The notes beneath the pieces are model-generated. The model did no database searches. It saw only the letters and a program-made list of their open reading frames with translations, and was not told where the DNA came from. The translations under genes were made by a program, and so were the position numbers. DNA of 64,000 nt from positions 61,690,001 through 61,754,000 of the forward strand of contig CM060732.1 in assembly GCA_030704615.1 (NCBI GenBank), written 5' to 3'. The stretch comes from Takakia lepidozioides. Lineage: Eukaryota; Plantae; Bryophyta. How positions within the stretch are numbered: position 1 is the stretch's first letter; each line of letters starts with the position of its first letter. Below, one piece after another: positions 12,784-25,525 of the stretch.

Positions 12784-13971
12784 CCCTTAAGTGCCCAGAC
12801 TCATTTTCACCCTCTCGTGGAAAAACATGACCCTGGCCCACAAAAACATTTTTATCTGGAGAATCTCTGTGTCCCTGTAAAACTGACCGTTGGAATTACT
12901 TCCCCCACCTCCTGCCACAAAAAGTTTTATCAAATTCCAACCGCCAGATCGGAAGATTATAAAGTGTAGAGTGGAGACCAAAAAAAAACTCTTTGCTAAG
13001 AAATAGGTGCAAGAAAAAACAGTTTTTTGCTCGTATTTGGGCAATTTTAGTTTCTCTTTTTTTGAGAGTCTCAAGAATGTTGTACCATACCTGATAACAC
13101 ACATCCTCAGAAATTTTCGGTTTTTTCTGAAATTTTCTCAAGTGGGCTCCTTCGTAGTGACAAATTGGGGGCTCAAAATATGCCATTTTCTTTGGGCAGG
13201 CCAAAATCTCTCTTCCTAAAATTATACAACCAAATTCAGCCGTTCAATTCCTAATCCCTCCGGTTGAGGTGTCATGAGCATCCATATGAGGTCCCCAAAA
13301 AACTTTGGATCCAATCAGTAATGTCATCGCATCTTTAGGTTCTGCCCAAGTCTACAAATGGCACACCTAGGTTATAGCCTGCAGGCCTAGGATATTTGGG
13401 GCCATAGCCCAGAAGGCCACGGGGTTTGGGAGCTCCTCTGGCCACCCGGCCCTGCTTTCATGGGGGGCCCAACTCCACCCTCAACCCTATCAAACCCCCG
13501 CCCTAGGTTTGACCCACCCCTCATTGGAGTTTTCTCGAGCCGCGAGCTCTGCTGCCATCCAGGCCGGCCTGTATGGTGTTGGCCGGAGCTGCCATCACCG
13601 TCTATTCAGGCTAGGGCCCAGGCCTGAGAATGCCCAGACCTGTAGGGCCATCATTTCACCCGCCCAGCATTCAAGGGGTTTGGGGAAATGTGCCGCCCCA
13701 GCTTCATGGGGTATCCTATGTTCACCCTAACCTGACCGTGGTTGCCACGTCTGCAACCTGGGCAGGTTAGGGGGGCCAAATCCCCTCCAAAAAGCTACGT
13801 GTGACCCACTTGGTGGGCTCCACCTGGCAATCCTTTGAGGCATTGGCCAATGCCATTTGAAGGAAAAAGTTTTTATCTTTCAAATGAGGGCTAGCAGGCT
13901 TAACCAGAGGGAGTAATGGCCAGTTTAGTAAACCTGACCGACTCAAAATGGGTCGATATACCACTTAAGGG
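12784..13971. mobile_element. Non-autonomous piggyBac-like element
   Basis: TTAA (12780-12783) + CCCTTAAGTG ... CACTTAAGGG + TTAA (13972-13975); the imperfect TIR extends to GAC(T/C)CATTTT; no transposase ORF. Confidence 0.65.
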
Positions 13972-14989
13972 TTAAATAGGAATGCATGATTTATGTTGCC
14001 TCTAAATTGCAAATATACAATTTGCTTTCCAATGGGGACGGGAATTTCCTCCGCTACTACCTATGCTGCCCTAGATTTTTATGGTCTGAATGTGCACACT
14101 TAAATTGAACATTTGCAAGGGTCATCATGCCCTAAACATAAGAACCATCATCATGATGAGGAATGTGTGATGTATGTCACCTTGTTGGCTTCTGGCTTGC
14201 AAATACCATTCGGGTTTGTTCAAAGAGGGTTCCACTATTATGCTATAGATTTATGATAAATGCGTGATTTCAAGTTCACGTTGCATATCTTGCATGTGAT
14301 CCATCCCCTATTTAATAGCTATCAGCTTCCTGCCCTCTTTTTTCAGACCCTTCATTTCGTTAATTAATACAGGTGGCCTTATTACATTGGCTCCCTCTTT
14401 TAACTCATGGACTACGCTAATTTCTGGACCACTTTAGAATTAATTGAGATTTCTTTTCATTTGCAAAAAAATCCATGTCCTAGATGATGCTCACTCCTCC
14501 TGTTTCCACGTTCCTGCTACCCATAATATGTTTTAAAATTGCGGATAGGGTATGTAATGCCGTTGGTTTCGGGATGTTTAGGTGGTTCAACGGGAGGTTG
14601 GGTGGATAGGTGCACAGCTATATCTATGCAGATGTTAGGTGGTTCAAGGCTTGTGCTAGAAGATCAGGGGCTTGCTTGCCTAAGATGGTAGTGTGTAAGT
14701 GGACTTTATTAAAGAAACGTGTGTGGCCAGCTAGGATAGAGGCTGTTTTTTCCACGATGTCATGTATCAGGAGTTGCGTGACAGATGCCATAGCCGGCCC
14801 TGGTGCCTGCTGGCCAAGTAACTTATCCAAAGTTTGGCGACGTCGTCGGTGGAGCATGGCCGACTGGTGGCATGGATGGTTGCTCATGTGCATAGGGTTC
14901 AAAAGCCATGGGGTAGTAGGTCTGCCTCACTGGGACCAATTGAGCTGGTCGCAAGCAAAGAGTGTGGCGAGTACTGGCAAGCAATGTGC

Positions 14990-15565
14990 ACAAAGGTGAC
15001 CTTCACAGCATGTAGAATGGCAGGTGTCATTTTTGTCATCTAGTGCAAACTTGGCGGACGGCCAGGACATGGAAGTTGGCCCTTAGAGCATCTCCACACT
15101 TGCCCGAAAACGGCAATCTAATGTCGCAGGGTCCAAAAAGTAGCTTGCTCCAGGGTTGGCTCAGCCCGGTAGAATTGCTGCCGCCCCGCCTTAAATTTGC
15201 CTCCCACCCGGCACTTTTGCCAATCATACCAGACCCATCAACCACTCTACATTAAATTTGTGAGTTAATGAGATATGATGTCCTCAACTCAACGTGCCAA
15301 GATTGTGATCAAACGGCGGGCATGCCTGGGGCTATCTCTGCCGGGTCTCACCGTCCCAACCGTGGAGTGTCACCCAACCAGTCCCTGTAAAACATACCAT
15401 CGCCCCTGTAACCAAGGTACATAACGGTTGACGGGCAGTGCTCACTGTGGAGATGCATCCCCTCTGTTTTTATGGGCACCCTGCATGTTAACTTCATTTT
15501 ATAATAAAGTGGTAATCAGGGCCGGCTACAACCCCCCTGCTCATTAAAAAAAGAAAAAAAAGAAA
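14990..15565. repeat. Dispersed repeat family, copy A
   Basis: Shares ttaaatttgtgagttaatgagatatgatg, cccaaccgtggagtgt and gctcac(t/c)gtggagatgc with 24601-25525. Confidence 0.7.
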
Positions 15566-15671
15566 CGTTGACCCAATCCCAATTATCGTTCGGTTATCGT
15601 CCGTTTTTATCGTCCTGCCACATCCTCCTCCTGCAGGCTGCCGAACAGCGAGGAAAGGAATGGAGATGGAT

Positions 15672-18600
15672 TAGGGAATTCCAAAAAGGCCTTGATGTGA
15701 AATGCATCGCAATTCACTTGATCACCCCCCTAAAAGTGCGCAATTCAATTGAACTAACCCTAATTTGCAATTCAATTGAATTGTCGGCACACGATTCAAT
15801 TGAATTGCGAATTGGCAATTCAATTGAATCGCTAGTTGGCAATTCAATTGAATTGCTGACTACAATTCAATTGAATTGTAATCTATAATTTTTAACTTAT
15901 TTTTGTATATAATATATAATATATATATGTACATGTATATATTCAAATTATATTTTTACACATATAAGAGTATAATCTAAAAATACATGTTGCCCGTCTA
16001 TTCTTGCTGGCCCTCTTTCTTGTGCCCTTGAGGAAATTGTGGAGTTGTGAAGCCACCCTCATCCTCAGCGAGAAAGGGAGAGCCAGAGACGGAGACAGAT
16101 CGGCGGCTTCCTGTGATTCATTGGCAAAAGAAACATGGCTGGCTCCGAAAAAAACAGACAAAATCAAACCTGACAATTGATGAAAGGCTTGCCCTGCATC
16201 ACCATGTAGTCCCCTAACACTACTATCTGGCCCAGGACAAAGAAAACAAAAAATATGTTCATCTTGAGAATTATCAAAAATTTCGATAAGGTATCATGTG
16301 GAAGTTGGGATGTGTGTTCTATATAAGTTTAATATATCAAACTCTTACACGTTGATACTCTTACATTGGTATCATGTTTGGTATATGTACATAGCCATAT
16401 ATTGGCACCAACATCCACAAAGAGAGACAATCCCGCTTTTACAAGCGCTTTGTGACTTCCCCTCTCTCTCTCTCTCCCTCTCTCGCTCCCCCTTAGGCTT
16501 ATCTTGGGCTCAAGCCTTACCACGGGCAAAGGATTGACAGACGGACAGCAAGAATAGACGGGCAACATGTATTTTTAGCTTATACCTGTGTATGTATATA
16601 TGTATAATTTAAATATATACATATATATATTATATACAGAAATAAGTTAAAAATTATAGATTACAATTCAATTGAATTGTCAACTCGCAATTCAATTGAA
16701 TCGTGTGCCGACAATTCAATTGAATTGCAAATTAGGGTTAGTTCAATTGAATTGCGCACTTTTAGGGGGTGATCTAGGGAATTCCAAAAAGGCCTTGATG
16801 TGAAATGCATCGCAATTCACTTGATCACCCCCTAAAAGTGCGCAATTCAATTGAATTGCAAGGGCAATTCAATTGTACTAACCCTAATTTGCAATTCAAT
16901 TGAATTGTCAAACTCGCAATTGGTAGAGCCACAGGAGAATGAAGCTGCGGATATCAATTCCATTTTATTGACCAACCATGAAGCAATGACCACTGTGGTT
17001 CCAATGCATGAGGAAGGGGAGAGCAGCTCACAAGATGAAGACAAGGGAAGCACGTCAGATGATAGTGAGCAGCAGGAAACTACAGATGATATCACTGGCA
17101 TAGAAGAAATTGAAGAGTTCCTGGATAAGCTAACATCTGCAGAAGAAGAATTGGCTGATGATGGCTCTATGGAACAAATAGAGAAGGAAGCATATGATGC
17201 CATGGCACAAATGCTTATTAGAGGAGCTTATGCCAAGGCTTATGAAGCAGAAATGCTGGATGAGGCTGACTCTGATGATGACTACATGGACTGGCAGAAG
17301 ACGATTGGACACCAAGAACAAGAAGCACAAAGGATATTTCTGGCAGCAAAGTATCCAGAAGAAAACCTAGCGTGCATGGCTACCACTACAAGCTATGAAG
17401 ATGACCGCTGGGATCAGCTAAAGAGGAGGTTGCAGATTAACCCAAGATTAAGTCAAGAGCAAAAGGAGGAGCTGTTGAAGGTTCTAAAGGAGAATGAAGC
17501 AGCCTTTGCCTTGACAAAGGCAGATTTGGGAATATGTAACCAGGCTGAACACTCAATAGACACTCAAGGCTTTCCACCTTGTAGAAGCCAACCAAGCCGA
17601 TTGTCAGAATGGGAAGAGGGAGAAGTGCAAAAGCAGATTGAGGTATTGATCCAGCAAGGGAAAATAAGGGAAAGTTCTTCGGAATATTCATGCCCTGTCA
17701 CCTTTGCTCCAAAAAAAGATGGCAGCAACTTATTTCTGTATATAATATACATGTATATATTTAAATTATACATATATACATACACAGGTATAAGCTAAAA
17801 ATACATGTTGCCCGTCTATTCTTGCTGTCCGTCTGTCAATCCTTTGCCCGTGGTAAGGCTTGAGCCCAAGATAAGCCTAAGGGAGAGCGAGAGAGGGAGA
17901 GAGAGATAGAAGAAGTCACGAAGCACTTGTAAAAGCGGGATTGTCTCTCTTTGTGGATGTTGGTGCCAATATATGGCTATGTACATATACCAAACATGAT
18001 ACCAATGTAAGAGTATCAACGTGTAAGAGTTTGATATATTAAACTTATATAGAACACACATCCCAACTTCAACATGATACCTTTGTAAGGGTATCGAAAT
18101 TTTTGATAATTCTCAAGATGAACATATTTTTTGTTTTCTTTCTCCTGGGCCAGATACTAGTGTTTGGGGACTACATGGTGATGCAGGGGGAAGCCTTTCA
18201 TCAATTGTCAGGTTTGATTTTGTCTGTTTTTTTCGGAGCCAGCCATGTTTCTTTTGCCAGTGAATCACAGGAAGCTGTTGATCTGTCTCCGTCTCTAGCT
18301 CTCCCTTTCTCGCTGAGGCTGAGGGTGGCTTCACAACTCCACAATTTCCTCAAGGGCACAAGAAAGAGGGCCAGCAAGAATAGACGGGCAACATGTATTT
18401 TTAGCTTATACTCTTATATGTGTATAAATATAATTTGAATATATATATTATATTATATATACAAAAATAAGTTAAAAATTATAGATTACAATTCAATTAA
18501 ATTGTAGTCAGCAATTCAATTGAATTGCGAGTTGACAATTCAATTGAATCGTGTGCCGACAATTCAATTGAATTGCAAATTAGGGTTAGTTCAATTGAAT

Positions 18601-19855
18601 TGCCCTTGCAATTCAATTGAATTGCGCACTTTTAGGGGGTGATCGAGTGAATTGCGATGCATTTCACATCAAGGCCTTTTTGGAATTCCCTACCTTGATG
18701 TGAAATGCATTGCAATTCACTTGATCACCCCCTTAAAAGTGCGTAATTCAATTGAATTGCAAGGGCAATTCAATTGAACTGCTGAAACTAGCTTGAAAAC
18801 AACCCTATGTTGCAATTCAATTGAATTGTCGCTACACGATTCTATTGAATTGCTGACTACAATTCAAATGAATTGTTATCTATAATTTTTAACTTATTTT
18901 TGTATATATTATATATATTGTATATATATGTACATATTTAAATTATACATATATGGATACAAAAGTATAAGCTAAAAATACATGTTGCCTGTCTATTCTC
19001 GCTGTCCGTCTATCAATCCTTTGCCCGTGGTAAGGCTTGAGCCCAAGATAAGCCTAAGGGAGAGCGAGAGAGGGAGAGAGAGAGAGGAAGTCACGAAGCG
19101 CTTGTAAAAGCGGGATTGTCCCTCTTTGTGGATGTTGGTGCCAATATATGGCTATGTACATAAACCAAACATGATACCAATGTAAGAGTATCAACGTGTA
19201 AGAGTTTGATATATTAAACTTATATGGAATACACATCCCAACTTCAACATGATACTTTGTAAGGTATCCAAACAATATTATTTTTGATAATTCTCAAGAT
19301 AAACATATCATTTGTTTTCTTTGTCATGGGCCAGATACTAGTGTTAGGGGACTACATGATGATGCAGGGGAAGCCTTTCATCAATTGTCAGGTTTGATTT
19401 TGTCTGTTTCTTTCAAAGCTAGCCATGTTTCTTTTGCCATTGAATCACAGGAAGCTGCTGATCTCTCTCCCTCTTTGGCTCTCCCTTTCTCGTTGAGGGT
19501 GAGGCTGGCTTCACAACTCCACAATTTCCTCAAGGGCACAAGAAAGAGGGGCAGCAAGAATAGACGGGCGGCAACATGTATTTTTAGCTTATACTCTTAT
19601 ATGTGTATAAGTATAATTTAGATATATATATATATACATATATATATTATATAGAAATAAGTTTAAAATTATAGATTACAATTCAATTGAATTGTAGTCA
19701 GCAATTCAATTGAATTGCAAATTAGGGTTGTTTTCAAGCTAGTTTTAGCACCTCAATTGAATTGCCCTTGCAATTCAATTGAGTTGTGCACTTTGAGGGG
19801 GGTGATCAAGTGAATTGCGATGAATTTCACATCAAGGCCTTTTTGGAATTCCCTA
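15672..19855. mobile_element. Compound hAT-like/foldback element: three ~1.1-kb copies, the first inverted relative to the second and third
   Basis: Termini TAGGGAATTCCAAAAAGGCC / GGCCTTTTTGGAATTCCCTA; flanking duplication (A)GATGGAT at 15664-15671 and 19855-19862; subterminal arrays of palindromic CAATTCAATTGAATTG; internal junctions at 16776 and 18693. Confidence 0.8.
16922..17726 (+). mobile_element. Ty3/Gypsy pol fragment (pre-RT linker and RT N-terminus) captured inside the foldback element
   Basis: LSQEQKEELLKVLKENEAAFA...EHSIDT..PPCRSQPSRLS...KIRESSSEYSCPVTFAPKKDGS is the typical Gypsy RT start; no LTRs. Confidence 0.85.
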
Positions 19856-20437
19856 GATGGATATCTGTTTTGTGAGCTGGAGATCTATGCTGCAGCCAGA
19901 TGGCGGTTTTCAAGTTGCACGTAAATCGGATAGGAAACCAGATCGAATTCTGACGTGGGTGAAGTGAAGCAGGTGATTTGTGTGCGCAACTGCAGTGCGA
20001 GAAAACGGGGAGGTAGATCATAAGGAAGCTGCTGACCTGCCGCGTGAGGGCAGCTAGATACTGTAACAGTTCTGCCGGATGAGAAGCAGCTAGATACAGC
20101 TCTGTGTGTGAGTCATCGAGATGCCCCTCATGCTGATGAGGTGGAGGCTCGAGCACCAACGTCCAAAACCCGACTGGCTTGAGAGCTTAGCCTTAAAATC
20201 CATCTCGTGATCCATCAGATGCACAGTTTCACATTTCTATCCTTCTCTCTGCACGCTTCCGAGTCATCCTGTTTTGGAGTTGCAAGCTCATCTGTCTTGA
20301 AGTACCTCTTGCAGATCACAGAGACGTGCACAACTTAGTATCCAAAGCTCAGTGCTCGGTTTGTCATATTCCAGATCATTAAGACTGACTTGCATCTCTC
20401 TCTCACTTGGCTGTATTGCACTCGACCCACTCGACCC

Positions 20438-21082
20438 ATGGCTGCGTTCGCCGCTTCCACGGCGCTGCATACTAAGCTCCATGGTCCTTCGGGAGTGCCT
20501 TCGTCCTCGGTCTCCTCTCAATCACTACATTCTCTAACCCTCTCTTGCAATCCGGCCTTCTCCAGAGGGTTCCCCCGAAAGTTTAGCTTGCGAGGGACCC
20601 GTAATGCCGATCGCTTAGGTTGCAGATGTGCTTGCGCAGAATCCACAAAGGAGGAAAGCATGCTAGGGTCCGGACTGGGCTCTCTTTATGGGTTGTTGGG
20701 ACTCGATCAAAACGTGGGTGTCTCTGAGATTAAGTCGGCTTACCGACAAATGGCATTGCGATATCATCCGGATGTGTGCCGCAGTATGCAGCGGGAAGAA
20801 TGTACCCAAAAGTTTTTGGAAGTGCAACGAGCTTATGAAGTTCTATCTGACCCCGAGCAGCGGGCAAACTATGACTATGGCTTGATGCACCCATTGTTTG
20901 CTCAAGCAATGGACATTGGGAGTAGGAGACGTCCTCAGGGGTGCGGAATGGAGGGTGTGTCTGAAGCGTGGAAGATGCAATGGGAGGCACAGCTCACGCG
21001 ACTAAGGCAAAGAGAAGCCGCGCAGACAGCCTCGGCGCAGTCTTGGGGTGCTCGAATGAGGCGACAATGCCAGTCTAATTGA
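20438..21082 (+). CDS. Chloroplast-targeted small J-domain protein (DnaJ type III, J20/J11-like), 214 aa, intronless
   Basis: Ser/Ala-rich transit peptide; J-domain SLYGLLG...EIKSAYRQMALRYHPD...FLEVQRAYEVLSDPEQRANYD with HPD motif; C-terminal WEAQL..LRQR...SWGARMR typical of J20-like proteins. Confidence 0.93.
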   Translation: MAAFAASTALHTKLHGPSGVPSSSVSSQSLHSLTLSCNPAFSRGFPRKFSLRGTRNADRLGCRCACAESTKEESMLGSGLGSLYGLLGLDQNVGVSEIKSAYRQMALRYHPDVCRSMQREECTQKFLEVQRAYEVLSDPEQRANYDYGLMHPLFAQAMDIGSRRRPQGCGMEGVSEAWKMQWEAQLTRLRQREAAQTASAQSWGARMRRQCQSN

Positions 21083-24000
21083 GCATGGAAATTGACATTG
21101 TTCGAGACTGCTGTCTGGTCCATCGACCAGTGTATACGCACCTTGAATGCGTGCCGATGATAAGATGTGTCTAGCTCGGGTTGTAAGTAGTACGGTACAA
21201 AGCTCTTCACTTATTTTTTAAGATATTTCGCGGTCTGCAATGGAGATAAGTTGTACCCCTTTTTCAAGACAAAAGAGCTCTGTAGCAAGAAATCTCAATT
21301 GAGTGAGTTGTCTGTGACTCTGGAAGGGTTGACATGAGCTTCCACAACATTCTTTTGTACATAGAGAGATGAATAAAAGGCTCCTGTAGCAAAAAGATTC
21401 TGGAAATTATGTGTGCGCGAGTTGATTGTGTACCTTTCACTGTAAGTCTGGTTTGTTTCTCTTCAGAGCTCCACATTCGATGATAGAATCACTGGAAATT
21501 CGTTGTGAAGCAGGTCAACTGGCCAGCGTTTTGTTCAGCTACCACACAAGGCCGTGACTCACGATTCGTACCTCGTGAGTACTCTCGAATTTGACAAGTG
21601 TGCTCGCAAACTTGTGATGGATCGATACTGGAGTCTCTAAGGTAGAGGAAATGAGGAGACGACGCTACTGTTTCTTTCAAGATTGCGGTGTTGTTAATTA
21701 CATTTACGTGATCTGCATTCAGTGTGCAGAGCTGGTCAGTCCTCTGAAAGACAGTGTGCTTCTAGCCTGTTTGTAGACAAGTATTCAATCAATTGTCGGC
21801 AGGGGTTCTTCTACATGCTTTCTCTTCTTTTCCCGAGTGTATCTGCACGATCGGTGTTAACTTCGAAAGGATTTTTCACATCAAGCGTTGGGAGAAGATT
21901 GTAGGCATAGCATGTGTATAAGGACATACACTTCGATTGTTGCGTTTTCTAATGTTTGGCGAGGTTGACATCCATTTCCCATACCGGAGCTTCTCTCCAC
22001 ATTTTCAGATGGTTCTTGAAAGTCGATGTCTATACCTTCTGAGCATCGATCAAAAGGCTTTCTGATCCCTGGTGTACGAGTCCTAATGTTTCTAATATTG
22101 AACTTTTTTGACAATTGAGCAGAACACCTCCCTAGAGAGGATCTAATTAGCCAAAGGCCAGTTCTTTCTAGACTTTGGATTTTCTGTAACTTCTGCAATG
22201 GGTTGAAGTAAGAACCTGGAAAGGGAAGAGCAAGAGTAGTTTTGTCATGTCAATTCTTCCTTGCTGGAAGTTCCATGATATGCTCTTTTCTCTGGTTTCA
22301 GTACTCAAATCTTTCAAAGCTGTACTATTTGACACTGCTCTCATACTTCTCCAGCTTAGGATGTGAGCATCTGGGTTTACAGTAAGTTGCAACCCCAAGT
22401 GTAGGCTTGCATGAATCAGATGCCCATCTCTTTCAGGTGCCCCAGGTGTTAAGTGGGTATAATTCACAACCTCCAAATGTGAGTGTCACATGTGTCAATG
22501 AAGCACAACCAGGTGAGGAGTCTACAATAATTGGGCAAAATCCAAATGAGTAAGCACTCAACGCCTGCTGTGAACAAGCTCGATCAAACTGATGATTAGT
22601 CTATCCGCCGCTTTGGCTACCGGGCTGACACCTTAAGTACTACAATCGTCTGGACAAATCATTGAGGTTTAGTGAATTATTTTTCCAGTACCTACAATGA
22701 CGCCACATGTTATGGCTTGTAACTAAGCTTTAAATTGCCCGGGCTGAGCAGCCAGTTGGCCTGTATTCTCATTTGCATTGTGGCACCCTGTTTTTTGTTA
22801 TACAACAGGGGAACTGTATTGTGGTAGGTTGACAGAGATGTGCCTATGTATATGATGGTGGCTGGAGATCAAGCAGAGCCATATGGATTGAATCTGGAGG
22901 GCATGTGGCGTTGTGGATTTTCTGATTTGGAGGTGTGCTGGCCATCCATCCGGCTCAGCCTGACTACCGTCCTTGAGAGTCATGAACAAATTCAAACTTT
23001 GGCTAGTCATGTGTCATTGGAACTTAAAGATTTAAGCTAGCAAGCCTGGAGCAAGGACAGGAGAGTAGGGAATGACAGAGCTTTTATGGAAAATGGTGGA
23101 CAATAGAAGTGAAAATACACCGTCACAGGAGCACTTGCAGGTGGAAAAAATGGTTTGCTGGTCAGGAGCATTCGGCGGACGTATCAATAGGTTTCCATAA
23201 ATAAAACTCCGATGCTGGAGGTTTAGAAGACCATATTCTGATCTTGTACTTCAAACATGTTTCCCTCTGGCCAACACAGGAGTTTCAGGTATATTCAGTC
23301 GGGAGTCATATATTTCTAGCTGTCAACGTCGTTAAGCTAGTTTTTGAAGTGCTTGATACTGTTGACATCTGAAAGCTGCCGGGTGACGAGTCCAAAACCT
23401 CTTCTCTCTCGTCCTCTCCACTCTCTACCCCGCTTTTCCACTACAAACTAAAGTTTTGTACCCTCAAAAACGCTGGATGGACACAGGCCGATGTCTATGG
23501 CTGTTGATTGTCGCAGCACCAAGTGATTTCCAAAACTCCCCCCTTGCTTCCATCAAACCTAATTCCTTTGCAGGCACTTCTGTCGAAGTTACAATAGTCC
23601 ATCACCGTTCTGGTGTTTAAGCAGTGGAATATTATGCCGAACTTTCCCGCTTTGTTCAGCCGTGTCTCAGTGTAGCACATCAGTTGTCAATATGTTCCAC
23701 ACGGCTATTTTCTGCTGTGATGTAGAATCCAGCAGTCCCTGGGTATTTCTATGCAGACCCAAGAATGGTGTTGTCCCTAGTCATATATCCGGTTCGATCT
23801 TGTATGCGAAGAGACACTCACTTTGGAAACTCTCTCTCAGGTCACCGAGCTGGATTTAGTTTAATGTCAGTGTATTCATACAGTCATCGTCTACACAAAG
23901 GCGAAAGTGCTTGCCAACGACAATCCGGGTGTATTGACATAAAGATCGTCATGGCTACTTACTTATCCATGTCCGTACCGACCCAGCTCACATCAAAACA

Positions 24001-24600
24001 TTATCACCGCACCGTGTTTTGTAGCAATATCTATGGAATCGTTTCGGCATGAGCAACCATCCCCAGCACCCACCTATTGAAATTCACTGTGTAGTTGATC
24101 CAAAGAAATACATTGGTCTAGACTCTGAGTAGGACATGCCGGGTCATTTCATCCCGATCGGTGGCGTTCCATCTTCGGCTCATTTTGAATTTGTTAGTTC
24201 CCGCTTTTACTTTTGCTGGTTAGCAAGTTAGTGTGACTGGATGCTTCATCGTTACCATGGAGTATATCTCCTTGAGAGACCTTCTTGCTGGCTTTTGTAA
24301 TGTCTAGTATTCATATGCTACACTGCAATGAAGACTTTCTTGATCTGTGCATATTACCTTTTAGTCTGATTTCAACACCACCGACCATGGCCACCTTCTC
24401 CACGAATGTGTGCACATGACAAGAGAGGCAAGTTAACTATCGCTTTTTGGGAGGATTGCGACACCTAACCAGAATTCCTTGCCATAGCAATTTGAAATGT
24501 ATCTCTATAATAAAGATAAAGAAACTGTATCTTTATCTTTATAATATGTGAATATATACCTTTGTAAGAACATACAAAATATACCTAATAAATATATCAG

Positions 24601-25525
24601 GGACACAACCCCCTGTTGGATTTTAAAAATAAAAATAAAAATAAAAAAACCAAAATCTTTAGTTCACTCCCAAAAACTACTACCTCTTAGAGCATCGCCA
24701 CGGTGCCACGGCACTTGCCCCAAAACAGCAATCCAACGGAGCGGGTTCCAAAAAAGTAGCTCAGCTTGCTCCGCGGTTGGCCCATCCCCGGTAGAATTGC
24801 TCCCGGCCGCCTTAAATCTGCCTCCGGCCTGGCACTCATACCACTCTATATAAAATTTGTGAGTTAATGAGATATGATGCCCTCGGTCAACAACGTGCCG
24901 AGGGCCTGCCTCGGGGCTATATATGTCGGGTCTCCTTACTGTCCCAACCGTGGAGTGTTAGCCAACACTCCTGTAACCAGGGTATTGACGGGCCATGCTC
25001 ACCTTGGTCCACTGTGTCACAGTACCTGCCCAAAAACGGCAATGTAGAGTGTGAGGGTCCTAAAAAAGCGCACAGCTTGCTCCACGGTTGCCATAGAATT
25101 GCTGCAAGCTGCAGGCCCCGCCTTAAATCTGCATCAGGCGCGAAGCATACAGGGACCCACCAACCATTGTACATTAAATTTGTGATATGATGTCCTCGGT
25201 TTGTGCCAAAATTGTGATGGAGCAGCATGCTCCCTCTGGGCTATCGTCTGCTACCTTCGGAACCGTGGAGTGCCAACCAAACAGTCATTGTAAAAAATAC
25301 CGTCACCCCTGTAACCAGCATATATAACGTTTGACGCCAAAATTGTGATGGATCGCAGGCTCCATCGGGGCTATCTCTGCCGGGTTGCTACCTTTGGAAC
25401 CGTGGAGTGCCAACCAAACAGTCCTTGTAAAAAATACCATCACCCCTGTAACCAACATATATAACGTTTGACGGGTCGTGCTCACCGTGGAGATGCTCTG
25501 AGAAGTAACGCCGGGCTACACCCCA
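24601..25525. repeat. Dispersed repeat family, copy B (internally duplicated)
   Basis: Several partial repeats of the 14990-15565 module. Confidence 0.7.

Noticed and set aside
16851-17798. 315-aa ORF as a novel host gene
   Set aside because: It is a chimera of foldback-repeat translation and a Gypsy pol fragment.
21100-24500. Second host gene or pseudogene downstream of DnaJ
   Set aside because: Only short ORFs without recognisable motifs or a consistent splice pattern; cannot be supported by eye.
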